DNA of 55,489 nucleotides, counting the filler, from Sphacelaria rigidula (taxonomy: Eukaryota): assembly GCA_964200075.2 (NCBI GenBank). It is 5 parts of 5 records of this genome, joined end to end, with 100 filler letters (N's around TTAATTAATTAA, not from the genome) between each part and the next. Parts side by side here need not be neighbours in the genome. Positions count along the whole stretch, not along the records: positions 33,357 to 44,373 come from CAXNAA020005528.1; positions 44,474 to 55,489 come from CAXNAA020005529.1; 3 more parts are not named here. One strand, given 5' to 3'. Position numbers and translations under genes: made by a program. This document shows, piece by piece, positions 34,197 to 46,371 of this stretch; within the stretch, counting starts at the first letter, position 1, and each line of letters opens with the position of its first letter. The notes under the pieces are model-generated. The model did not search any database. It had not been told where the DNA came from and worked only from the letters and a program-made list of their open reading frames with translations.

Positions 34197-37100
34197 GATA
34201 ACGACGCTACTGATGAATCCTCCCGCTGGTCGTGCAAGCCCGACCTGAGCGCAAGCTTGGTATGCTCGATCACTTACACCTTCGAGGATTCGCTCACCCT
34301 GGTCGGGCTCGCCGTCGGTGAGTCGTCCCTTGTTTTATCCAGCACTCTTAATATTTTGGCTGTGACGGGGTGATTTGTTCGACCCGCACGTCGCTCGGAG
34401 TGATGCTCCGGAGCAATAGGTTTCCAAGACATTATTAAAAGTATGGCTGTGGCTTGTGTATAATACACAATGTTCGACTGTCAACTTGACAGGAACAAGC
34501 GGTTCACCACGTGAACCCAGCTCTGACAAGTGAGCTCGCAGAGGCTGCACAGTGTTGTTGGACACTTGCTTGTGCAAGTAAAGAAGAGAAGATGTTTGAC
34601 AGTTGGCGCTTCACTCGGACGATTAAACACAACGAAACGCTGGGTTCCTTATTGACGCGGAAACCAATGACAAGCTGACAGTTGGCTTGATTGAGTGGAG
34701 AAATAACAGAGAGTGACCACGAGTTGGTATCTCGGAAAACTGGCCTATCTCAACAAAACCGTTCGTACTATGAACTATACGACTTGAAATATATGGCCAT
34801 AAACTCTACATCCACAAAGTCTTGATGCTATGGACGCTGCGAGTCAAGCTCTTCACTATTCTGACATTAACAGTTCGGCCTATCCGTTCATCAATCCTAC
34901 GTAGCTCTACGGTCAAAACCCGTTCGTACTGTCTGCTCTACTTTCTACTGATGTTGCTGTTCAAAACCGTAACTTAGTCTGCCGCTAACGTTGTGTACAG
35001 ATGTGAAATTGATTTCTTTCCGACGGACATGACGCGTGAAGCGATTGAGGATTAGAATAGTGAACTTGAGCGTGGTCGAAATGTAGTTCTCAGGCCTGAG
35101 AGCATACAACGGACAATTCTATAAAATGAGGCTGTACACTAAATGAGGTTCAACCCCAATACAGTGTTTTTTCCAAACTTTCAGCGATGGTGTCCGATGA
35201 TGTTGTTGTCGGTCTGATGTCCCTCGATAGCGTAGATACTTTTCAGCGTATTTTACCGACTCTGTGAGCTTACAGCGCTTGCCGAACCTGTCATTTTCCT
35301 TCGTATCATCCCCCCAAAACATACAAATCAGGGAAAACGACGGTTTGGGTCAGCGCTGTAAGCTCACAGAGTCGATAAAATGCGCTGAAAAAGTATCTAC
35401 GCGATTGAGGGGCATCAGACCGACCAAAACGTAATTGAGCACCATCGCTGAAAGTGTAAAAAACACGGTTTTGGGCTTGAACATCATTCTAATGTACAAC
35501 ATCATTTTTTAGAACTGTCCGTCATACCTGGTAGATTTTTTGGTACTGCCACCGCCAATTGTGGAGGTCACTCGGAGCAATGCTCCGGAGGAAGAGGTGT
35601 CCAAGACAAAACGCGTGAAGCGACCTAGGATGAGAAGAGTGAACTCGAGCGGGGTCGAAATGTAGTCATCAGGCCTGAGAGCATACCTGGTGGGTTTTGT
35701 GGTACTTCATGGTCAAGTAGTTATCTGTCCCTTTCGACCGCGCAGCAACGCGTTACGAACTTGCTCGGGTTGAACACGGTCGTAATTCCCCCTCTTTACC
35801 CTCGTCGATCCTGATGACCACCAGCGCTGTTCAGAGGAGACGAAACGGTGAGGACCATGGAGATATACCTCGACGACGAATTGATCACTACTTGGTCGAG
35901 TTCGGGCACTACGACGGATTTGGAAGGCATAGATTTCGATGCTGTGGGGGAAACCGTGGAATTGCGCGGTGTCCTCGCCGACTCGGAGTGGCTTAGCATA
36001 CTGGAGGTAGGCACTAACATAAATAGCCGGCACCCGATAGCGACCGGCTACGCACGCACGATTTGATTCGCTCGCTCGGATTGAGAATATGTCTAAATAG
36101 TACCCGACCAACAGTACCGCCTTGTATCGTCTTTCTCCAAGCTCCTAACGTACACCCTTCGCCCACATCTGGCGTACACCCGTGGTAGAACATGCCTTCA
36201 CGCTGAGCTGTGTCTTTGCCTACTCGATGATGATTCTGAAAGAAGATGGCGCGCTGGAGGTTGTTTTATTTCCTCAACAGAGTTGCGAGTTCCCGTCGAG
36301 TTCCCGTCGAGTTTCCGTGCTTTTCATTGCACGGTATCACACACATCGCGTGCCCAGGACAGTACGAAGACAAGTGGCTGAGATGTGACCCGGAGTCAAC
36401 CAGCTCGAGCTTGCGTTGAGCACCAGGATTTCCATCCTTGCATCCGGTTGGAGCTTGGTTGCCCATGTGGCGTCGTGCCTTGTCGAAACCAATCGACCGT
36501 ATTCCGTCAAACTTTCTCCGGACCTTGGTTCGTCGACGCCAGTCAAGTGTTTTCATGACCCAAGCCAGTCCAGTGGTATCCTTTCCCACAAGGTGCTGGA
36601 GCCGTTCGCTGCATTCAATTTTGCTGTATTCAGGTGTTTTTTCGCCGACAGTTGGTGCTCCTTGTTCGCCGTTCACTCTGATGGTGTAAAAAAAAACACA
36701 TAGGTGGAGATCTTTGTCGTGACGGCCGATGACGGTAGCACCCCATCGCCCGTCTCGCCATCGACGCCCGCCCCGAGCCTCACCCCTACGCCCACCAACA
36801 TCGACGCCCCCCCCGAAGGCGAGCTACAGCCAGTGGGTCTAATTCCGCTGGCCTATGGGGACGGTACGGTGTTGGAGGCCTTTTATGCTAAGGTGCGTAG
36901 AGGTGTCGTTGTGCCGAAGAAACCATGTCCTACACCAGTCGGTCGACGTCTGTTGAGAAGCATACAGCAATTGCGTGTGGAGGTATGGTCGGTGTTATGC
37001 GTTCATAGTGGCAAGTGCGTGGCCTCCTGCTTGTGCGTGTGTGACGTGCTGTTGTCTGCGTGTGCTCAGTGTATTTTCAGTGCCGGCTCCCTCACTGCAA

Positions 37101-40100
37101 CCTCCGTTTCCAGCTGTTTGTGGTGGGATGATACCGTAGTAGGTGGTAAAACGAGGTGATTTGGTGCTGACGGATGTTGGACGTTTCATTACTAGATTTG
37201 CACAATGCATCGACGGAGAACTACGAGACCGGTTCTGTTGGCGTGTCTTTCCTTCTGCGAAAGCTTGATTCGGTTCTTGTCTCGTTGTCAAAGGGATGGT
37301 GCTGCTCTGAGAGCACCTTGCGCAGAAAGAAGCCCAAAACATGATCCTGTGTCCCCCGGCCGAGGATAGCCTCGGCGTAGAAACGAGTCGTTCTCAGCAC
37401 CCTTCCGTTTCCACGCATTCGGGGCTCAGAGGTAGCCTTTGAAGCAAATAGCTCGCGCAAAGCTATGCCTCCATTATCCCGGTGAACGCACGTCTGCCGT
37501 ACTATGTTTCGATATTTTGATATTGTATCTTGACCTCAAGGACGGAGACTTTTCAACGGAGTGGACGTGCACTGGGGACTCCACATCCGGGTGCGGCCTC
37601 AGCTTCCGGTTGGATTACTACCGACACATCAAGCAGATCAATATCGGTATGTGCTGCCCGGTGCATGCTTTTGTTTTTGGTGCTACGCACCACAGTGGCG
37701 TGCCACGCGTGGAGTACTCCGTGTGTGTACAAAGGTTGTCTTGCGCCCTTCTCATGTGAGGTCTACGGCTGTGTACCTCCCTCCTGAGACAGCTGCTCTA
37801 GCGCAAGGTGGATCCGCCTCTCTCGTATCCAAATCTATCTCTTTTCTACTGCATAAGTTCGCATGAGCTTCAACGTGACGGATAGCACACCGTAAAAGAA
37901 GTGACATTTGACCTTACAAGGGTTGTGCGTGATACTTCCTCCCGTGTGATGTTGCTTCCGCGGGCACAGATTTTGGGGTCACCACGTAGGACGGGAGTGA
38001 ATACGGAGCATTGCCCAAGCTTTGACACCCTGTCGCTTTTCTTCTTTCCGTGTCTGCTCTTGCGTCGTTGCCCATCAGCTGCATCCGACGGTGATGATGG
38101 TGCGGTGGACATCATGATCACAGGAAGGAATCCAAACTTTGACGCCGGTGAAAACGTGAGTGGATTCTCGTGATGCCGCATGTTTGTGACGTTCGCTTTT
38201 GAGTTGAAGCATGTTTTGTTTTGGAATAATTTAATTTTCGCCATACCCTCTCCCTCCCCTCCCTCCCCTGCCGTCCTCAATGAAAACCCGCTGCGGCAAG
38301 GGAGCAACTTATCTCTCACCCTGTACACGTCTGGCACCTTCGTTTCGTGAGCTAGATCAAAACTCTCCGTGACCGTCGACGTTCGTCAAAGTTTCTTCGT
38401 TAGCCACGCCATCCTGTTTTCAACAACGGGAAATCCGTTACTCCTCGGAAGAAAAGCCGTAAACACATCGGGTCTACCAGGCATCGAATCCCCTACTCCG
38501 CGCCAACTGCTTTGAACACGAACCAGTTAAAGCATCGGGCCGTGGCGGCTCTTGATCGCACAATACTGCGTTATGCGTCCTGCTCCAAGCCTTATCCGTG
38601 CTTCCCTAAAGTTTTCCTTTTAACATATGTTTTCACCAAAACAGCACTTGGTGTACAGTATGCGTTGATCTTTTCGCTTGCTTCCGCCGCCGGTCGCTCG
38701 GGGCCGTCTCTCCTAGGTTATAGGCGCTCTAGGTGACCTTTTCCGACGAGGCAAAGCGATGACTAGCACTCACATACGAATATACCAAAGCTATTTATTC
38801 CATGAACTCGGATGGCTGAAGGATGGTCTTTTGCATGTTGTGGGCATTCTATTCTCAATCAAGGAAGTACACCGCATGAAATGGGAGCATACGCTGTAGT
38901 CTCCTCGCTCGGGTAGCCGGTCTGGTCCTCCTTCGTTCCACGCGCTACACTGTTAGTACCATCTAGTTCTGGGGTACAGCTATCAATGTAGATGGCACGT
39001 GGACGTGTTACATCGGCATTCCAACAATTCAGCAACTCTGCACGTGTCACCTGTCCGTTCCCTATCTTCCGTTGCTTTCACCCTCCGTCCCCGTTGATGT
39101 TTCCCTTGGCGGGGGGATCGTGGTTCGTCGACGCAACGGAACAGTTTGAGGTGACGGTATCCAGCTCCGGATCCACCGACGGCTTCGAGACCTTCGACTT
39201 TGACTTCTTGACTACGACTATCGAGATCGACTCGCTTTTCACCAGCACGGGACAGACGCTCACCATCTCCGAGGTTCGTCAGCATGACACACCACCAACA
39301 ACTTAGTCGCCTGTCAGTATAGAGTAAGTCGCATGGTACTCGCATGCGCAGGTACAGTATCTGTCACATAGCGTTGTCGACCGGGATCTGCGGATATTGA
39401 TTACACGGTCGGGCATTGTCACGAGCACCCATTCCGTCAAACACTGACTGACCAACACAACAATGTGCTGATAGTGTTGCGAAATGTTGAGCGCAACACA
39501 GCGCAAAGTGTAGATTTCTTCAGTCGAAGTTGTTCGTTCCGATGGGGATGGTAGGCACGGCAATTGTCATTCGGCTGTCATAGTTGTGTCGCCCGCGTTT
39601 TGGCTCCATACTGTTTCCAAGGGTACACGTAACATTCGGTTCGTTCGAAGTTAAAGCTTCCCGTGGGTTCATGGGTTCGTCCATTTTCCGTTGTTTTCCG
39701 CGTGTATTCTTGTCGAATTTCGGTTTTCTCTTCATATGATTTAGCTATTACTCTATTCGTGTCTTCTCTCATGACGATTTATTCGCGATTTCGCCCGTGT
39801 TATCCACGCTGCGATAGTCGCTATGTGTAGATTCTACGTTTCCCAGCTGTTTTGTGTTTGTGGGCTCTTCGATTGTCTTCTCTTTACTTGTATTCGTTTT
39901 AATTTTTGTCCGGATTTGTCGTCCCTTCGCTCCTTCGTCCATTTCGCTCTCGCATTACAAGATCGAATTCGTGGAAGAGGTGCAAGAGGGCTTTGTTCCT
40001 GTCACCTCCTTCAGCCCGCCAGACGTAGACCAGGTATGCTTTGCAGTTTGTGCTCAAAATCGCTCGTACATATGTTATTTTCTGTTCTTACAAAAGTAAC

Positions 40101-43100
40101 GTTTCGTCAGATGAGTCATATACACTTGTTTGCTTCTTGTTTCGGGGATCCAAGTTCCCGGTGGGAGAGAATGCGTTGCTATGATATTGTTTTTGCTTCC
40201 GCCAACGCCATTTGTTCTGTTGACGAAAGCCCCATCTCACCCTTGTGGCTGAAACGGCTGCTAGCCTCTTCCGTGCACGTGGACAGTGACACCACACGGA
40301 CGTCCCGTACCACGGTCATCGTTCGTCAATGGGCATTTCGTGCAACAAGTGAATACCTTTGAGTACACATGATGACTGTTCCGAGCATTATTGCGATGAT
40401 CCCCTCCCTACAACGCATAGATACTGGACAAGGATCCATTGCATAGGAGTGACAAACGTGAGCTAAACGTAAGCGTGTTCAAAAGGTTTATTGTCTTGGT
40501 GTCTATGATGAGTGAGAAACGACCCCTCGCCTCTCTAGAAGGTCATCCTCCTGGCGTTCAATAAGCGATCCCGCGGTAGATGGGTCGAGAATTCGTCCAA
40601 AGTGGGTGTGATACAGCCTCTAAACATCCGCGTGGACACCACAGTGCGGATAAAGAGTCCAGCATAGTGTCCGTAGTGACTCTCTCTCGGTAGCGTCTGC
40701 TAATAGTACTGAATATACTGCGCGCGCTGCCGTCCGTCCGTCCGTCCATATCGAGCACCATCTCGAGGCATACCATTACACCCATTGCGTGATCCAAACC
40801 CATCGAACGAAAGCACGCCACTCTGAACCCATATTGATAAAGTAATGTCTCTCTCGTGTGTTCGGCTTCTGATGATCCGTTGTTCTATCTGTTCTTTCGT
40901 CTTTTTGTGCTGGGGGCGGGCGGGCGGCGATGTGTCGTGCATGCCGCACAATCCATCACGTGTACATACACTCATCCAGTTGCCAGTAACAGGAGGCTTT
41001 GCGTTCATGTCGGAATCTGCGGATACCCTTGGTGAGGATATCTTCTTCTCCTTCGCATTTTTCGCGGAGATAACGGCGGTAGAGCTCCAGTTCCCGGTGG
41101 GTGACACGTACATGTTCGATGTACAGCTGGTCATCGAAGGGGAGGACGCAACTGTGGAGATTTCGGTGAGATCACGCCGCCGTCGGGATTCCGCGATATC
41201 CGTGCGCGCGTGGATGATTTCATGGGCAGGGGGGGAAAACAAAATCACATATAGATACGGGTTTGCCGCAAAGGTAGACGTTTCAGTAGCTGAATCAGTT
41301 CACCAAACTGGAATGGAATAATACACAGTGCGTACGTCCGGGGGGTAGTTCGGCTGGTCCCAGGGCGTGTTTGTGTGTGTCGCTCCTTCCTGTTGTTCTA
41401 TTTCTGGGCGCCGGTTTGCGCTTGTCGTCCGCCCCCATCTCGGTTGCGCTTGGTGGATGGGCAAGCGTTGGTGACCTTAGCGCCAGAATTCTGCAATAAC
41501 GGTGAGCAAGTATGCGACGAGATGGTGACATATGGCTGGAGGGAGAACTGTGATGCACTACTCCGCGGGGGCAGCTACACTTGACTTACATTGGGGCTGC
41601 CATACGGCTAGAGCTGCTGTCAGGGGATGTCTGATTGCACGTGCGGTCTCTGGCTCGAACCTTGGCTTTGCGGGGAACAAAAAATAAAGCAGCCCCTACA
41701 ATTGTACTCTCCCAGATCACTGAATCCGCGAAATGCGCACAGAAAAAATGATGACGTTGTGCAGAAAAACAAGCTAATCTCCAGGCGTGCATGACCCGGA
41801 CCGGCCCCATTATTGTGCATTCCGGGACAATGGTAGAATTCCATGCACCACGAGCAAGAGCAGCAACAGTCGGCAAACAGTACAGTGCGTCGCTGAAGTC
41901 GCCCGGTCTCTGTTTTTCCTCGACAGGGCTTCGAAAGCGCAGACGTCACAGGATGGCAGAACTTCGATGTGAGCCAGTCCCGCAGCACCGGCCAGATCGT
42001 GACGGACGTCCGCATCGTTATGCAGGGGACTGGTTCGGGTGCTACGGGGTTCTCACTGCTCGACGCTCGATTCGCGGGTGAACTCGTGGCTAACCCCACC
42101 GACGTTATCACCGTGAGTTTTAGTGTGCTGTTCTTAGTTGATGTTGAAAAGAAGCCTCCAGTATTTTAGTTGCAGCCGATGATTAGGATGAGGTGGTAGA
42201 CTGAACGCGACGTTAGATCCTATGGTTTAGGCAAAGAGCGATTCATACGCTCACGTTGTTACGCTCTGCTGCGCCGTTGATAGTGTGTAAATACGTTAGG
42301 GTATTCAGCACGCAAATTGTCCTTTTCCCTTGCCGAATTTCACGGTTTCATCCCATTCTTTTTTGGCGCGACATACATACCTAGGTCGGCAGCGTACGCA
42401 TAGAGAGGTGGACCGGCGGCAGATACCCCGATTATGTGGGGTCAGGCACCAGCGACCAGCAGGTCATCCAGGCTGCGATCTGCGGGGTGAAGAAGGCTTC
42501 TTTTGACGGTGTTGACTGTGTAGGAGAGGATCCCGACGCTACCGGCACGGTAAGATTTGGATTTAACCCCGCCACTGCGGTAATGTTTCTGTCGAAAACT
42601 GTTATACGGGGGAAGTGGTGTTCTTCAATCAACTAGATGGATCTCATCCTGGATGACGACCGAGTGAATCGTACCGTGTGGATGAAAATGAACCTTCAAG
42701 CTCGTTAGAAAACTGTCGTGTCACGAAGCAGTACATGAAGCTGCGGTTGATGTGCCGGGTTTATTTTTGCGCCGAGGGTCACTCGTAAACTCGTAGCCCA
42801 CCCATGCCGTCGTTCAGCAGCCGGTGTCCGCACACGTTTTCTGTACCCCAGTCAAGCTGTTTCCTGATAGGGAACCGGCGAAAGAGATTCAGCCAAACAT
42901 ACTTTGCGAGATCGTTTGGTAAAACTGCTCGCTTTTTATTTTCTTTGCTGCTACCCTCGAGTTAAACAAGCTCGAACATGGATGTTCCCGAGTTAGCGCA
43001 CAGCAAGTTGGTGCGCTCACGAACAGAAGGGTAGAAATGACGCCTTTTCGATCGGGAAGGTTTTACGCGGGTGGCTTTTGGTGGATGTCAATGCATTAAA

Positions 43101-43364
43101 CTATAACTCGACTGGTTGTATAGTGCGGATGTTCCCAGAGTAAAGGTGGATGCCTGTCGAGGTCAAGGATATTCCTCGAAGGTCGACATGCCACCAACTA
43201 CGTGTCGAATGGCTACGCTACGTCTGTTCTTCTGTGTACGTGACGCGGTACTCAAACGTTTTGACTGTCGTCGTTTTTCGTGCGTATTAGGTGGAGCTAT
43301 CCATGGGGAGCTACTACATTGACGGCAACATTTTCCTCAAGTCTGGTGTCCACCTCAAGGGCCA
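34197..43364 (+). CDS. Partial multi-domain extracellular-type protein: 3 tandem F5/8-type-C/discoidin-like domains, PTS linker and start of a right-handed beta-helix (pectin-lyase-like) domain
   Basis: Exons 34197-34317, 35825-36006, 36704-36892, 37541-37646, 38079-38155, 39145-39273, 39962-40033, 40980-41165, 41927-42112, 42385-42549, 43291-43364 have AG/GT borders and compatible phases (495 codons, no stop). Motifs: D....SRWSC...CSITYTF...ALFRGDETVRTMEI...SSGTT...WLSILEVEI; DGDFSTEWTC...LTISEIEF; DYVGSGTSDQQVIQAAI...GTVELSMGSYYIDGNIFLKSGVHLKG. Both ends are incomplete. Confidence 0.85.
35109..35522. mobile_element. 414-bp fold-back MITE in an intron
   Basis: ACGGACAATTCTA...ACTTTCAGCGATGGTG...GTAGATACTTTTCAGCG...GACTCTGTGAGCTTACAGCGCT mirrored over ~190 bp, ending TAGAACTGTCCGT. 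Flanked by CATAC(A)/CATAC(C). Confidence 0.85.
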
Positions 43365-44373
43365 GTAAGAACATCTATTCCACCCTGTGCTTCGACTACC
43401 ATGTAACGCATTCATCGTGTTGCTATCCACTCCTAATCACGGAACCGGATACATGCGTTGACGTCAAAATTCATGTCGCAACCATATGTGGGACGAGTTC
43501 TGGGCATAAGTCCCGCTTGGCGCCTGTAGGCGCCTCGGCCGTTATGCATCTCGTCTGTTCACCTCGCAGAGGAAATGTCCACACTGGAGATATATATGCA
43601 GGAAGTTGTGCAAAATATAGGCCCATCTCCACTGCGGATTATTCCACTCCTTTACGGTAATTTGAATACTGAAAGCGACCTCTGCTTCTGTGCAGCAGTG
43701 TAGTCCAATGTTTCCCGGGTGGAGAGGGGAAACGTTCCTCCTCATGTGTGCCAGCTTCCGCGGGGTTCATTTCCTGTGAGTACGGATAGGCTACACAGTA
43801 GGTGCGTATTTTCGGTAGATTGAGGCAGACAGCGAGACAAGAGAGCACATCTGAACTGCAGGACTCGCAAGTGATTTCAACATCTGAAATGGCTTACACC
43901 ACAGCATATCTTGTTGGCGCGTCGTGTACTCTTGACTATGCATGCGGTTGGAAAAGAAAGGTGATAGCCTCCCGCCTCCGCGGAATCATAGGGATGCGAG
44001 GACCCCCCATGCATTGCAGACGCGCAACGTCAATTGCAGCAGACTGATGGCATTTGTTGTCACGACTAAATTTACCCCTTCCCCCCCCCCTCCTTAGCCT
44101 GGTCCGGCGAGAATCCAGCGTGCTCTGTCCCGGCTTTGTAGGGGCGAACCCCCGATATGGCTGGCGTCGGTTGGCGATAACGCTATAAAACACGCCACTC
44201 ACTACGGAAGCTAGGGAACTAGGTTACCGCTTTTTTTTTGCGCACTTGCGTTTTTTTGCGGTAGCCATGATGGTAGTCGAGCTAGATCATGTGGTGCGGC
44301 GTGGGAGAACCTCAACTCCGCACAAGGGGAATGATCGTTCCACGTAGTGTTTACATGGTGAGGTACCCATGAG

Positions 44374-44473
44374 NNNNNNNNNNNNNNNNNNNNNNNNNNN
44401 NNNNNNNNNNNNNNNNNTTAATTAATTAANNNNNNNNNNNNNNNNNNNNNNNNNNNNNNNNNNNNNNNNNNNN
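44374..44473. other. Artificial contig-join linker
   Basis: 44N-TTAATTAATTAA-44N. Confidence 0.97.
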
Positions 44474-44571
44474 TGTAGAAAACGTCAAAGTTCCGGCTGA
44501 GGTCATTGCACTCTAAAAGCAAGTGGACCGGTTCTCGGCAGAAAAACGCGATTTCACTGCTCAATTTGAAG

Positions 44572-45105
44572 TTGTTTTCCATGAAATTTTGACACGGCAT
44601 ACATGGGGTATATGTGAAGCCACTACCGTTTGCCTCCTCTTTCTTTCTTTTTTTCCTCGTATGTTATGGGTGATCTAAATTTCGGAACAGTTTTTTTTGG
44701 TGCAAAAGCGCCGACAACTCATTAAAAAAAAAAATGTTAAGGCGGGACAGTAGGGAGTTCAAAACATACCTCATGCGCATCGTATCGAAATTTCGTGAAA
44801 AAATACTTGAAATTCATAAGCATAACCGCGTTTCATTTTTTCGTGGCTGGTTCATCTCCACATGGAAACCCGTCTTGGACACGAACACGCGATTTAACAG
44901 CTGAGTTTCCGGTCGTTTTCGATGAAATTTTCACACGGTATACATGTGGTATATGTGAAGCCCCTACCGTTTGCCCCCCTCTTTCTTTTTTTTTTTCCTC
45001 GTATGTTGTTGGTGATCTAAAGTTCGGAACAGTTTTTCTGGTGCAAAAGCGTCGACAACGCATTAAAAAAAAATGGTAAGGCGGGGCAATAGGGAGTTTA
45101 AAAAA
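44572..45105. repeat. Direct repeat, ~190-bp shared core with ~341-bp period
   Basis: ATGAAATTTT-ACACGG-ATACATG-GGTATATGTGAAGCC-CTACCGTTTGCC at 44581 and 44922; both copies end TAAGGCGGG-CA-TAGGGAGTT. Confidence 0.9.
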
Positions 45106-45930
45106 ATGGGGGTAAATTTTCGCCTCACTTTTGCATCAAGAACACATATATATTTCGTTTCTTTTTTCAAGGTAGCATCGTCTGCGTCATGTTTGTCTTC
45201 TGGACCTAACCGTGGCATCGTCGGCCTCTCTGGTGGGTAGAAATGAGATACACCTTACAGTTCCCCTAACTTGAGGGATAGAGAAAGTATGATGGGTTTC
45301 GATGTTTGTCAAAACAGGCATTCCCGTCCGGATAGGGGATGGGAGAATACCCGTGTTAAAGATGAATAACATGGACGATTAATTTTCCCTCTTGTATCGC
45401 CCAAATGTGCACACACCGTTCATTCAGGCCTCCGTCTAGCTGTATCGATGGAGATATATATATATATATAGAAAGATATAGATATAGATATAGACGTATG
45501 GTTTTTCAGCTGTCTCGTGTATTTGTTTTCGGGTTTCTTTCAATATGTCTCCCATCCCACGAGTCTAAAAAGCGACCGACTGCGGTACCAAAGGCTGGAA
45601 GTAGTAGTGCCTTGGTGCCTACCTTGTGTTTTGCCATCCGTCACCCGACGTATGTTGCCAGATTACTCGCGCTCACTCTCGCCCGTCAATGAGACTACAA
45701 GGGACGGTCACTGTGAGTATCTTCATATAGTTATCTGTATATATGAATATGAAAATACTCCCGTGCAGATTAGACGAGAAAACTCGTGGTTGTTTTGCGC
45801 TCTCTCAAATACCAATACATTGTTGCATCAAATAACACGCCACGTAAAACATTTTCTCTCTCACGTTTTTTTGTGGGCGCTAATTTATTCATTATTTTTT
45901 TTTATTATTTTTCGTTTTGTTGACAATCAG

Positions 45931-46293
45931 CGAATCGGCGTGCTGTTAGACCGGGTGCAAAACACGCAGGAGCATGAGTTGCCGGAGCTCGGCCGGCGTG
46001 TGAAGGCCATTGAGACCTTCCAGTCACTAGGGGATGAGGTACGAAGCACGGAGATGGTGACCAAATACGTCTCATATTATTTTATCTGTATTTTATCTTT
46101 CGTTTTTTCTTGTCTTTCTTTTCCGCCAGACAAAATCGTGTTGCTCATTCTCCTTTTTTTTTTCTTGGTTCTTGTTTATTGTTTTGTGTAGGTAACACGA
46201 TGTTGTTGTTGCTGCTGCTGCTGTTGGTATTGCTATCCTCCTGTTGTTGTTATTATTTATGATTGTCATTATTATTATTATTTATTATTATTA

Positions 46294-46371
<78 letters not shown>

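Noticed and set aside
22448-43364. Divergent gene pair CCDC39 / discoidin-beta-helix gene sharing a promoter
   Set aside because: They lie on different contigs separated by an artificial linker.
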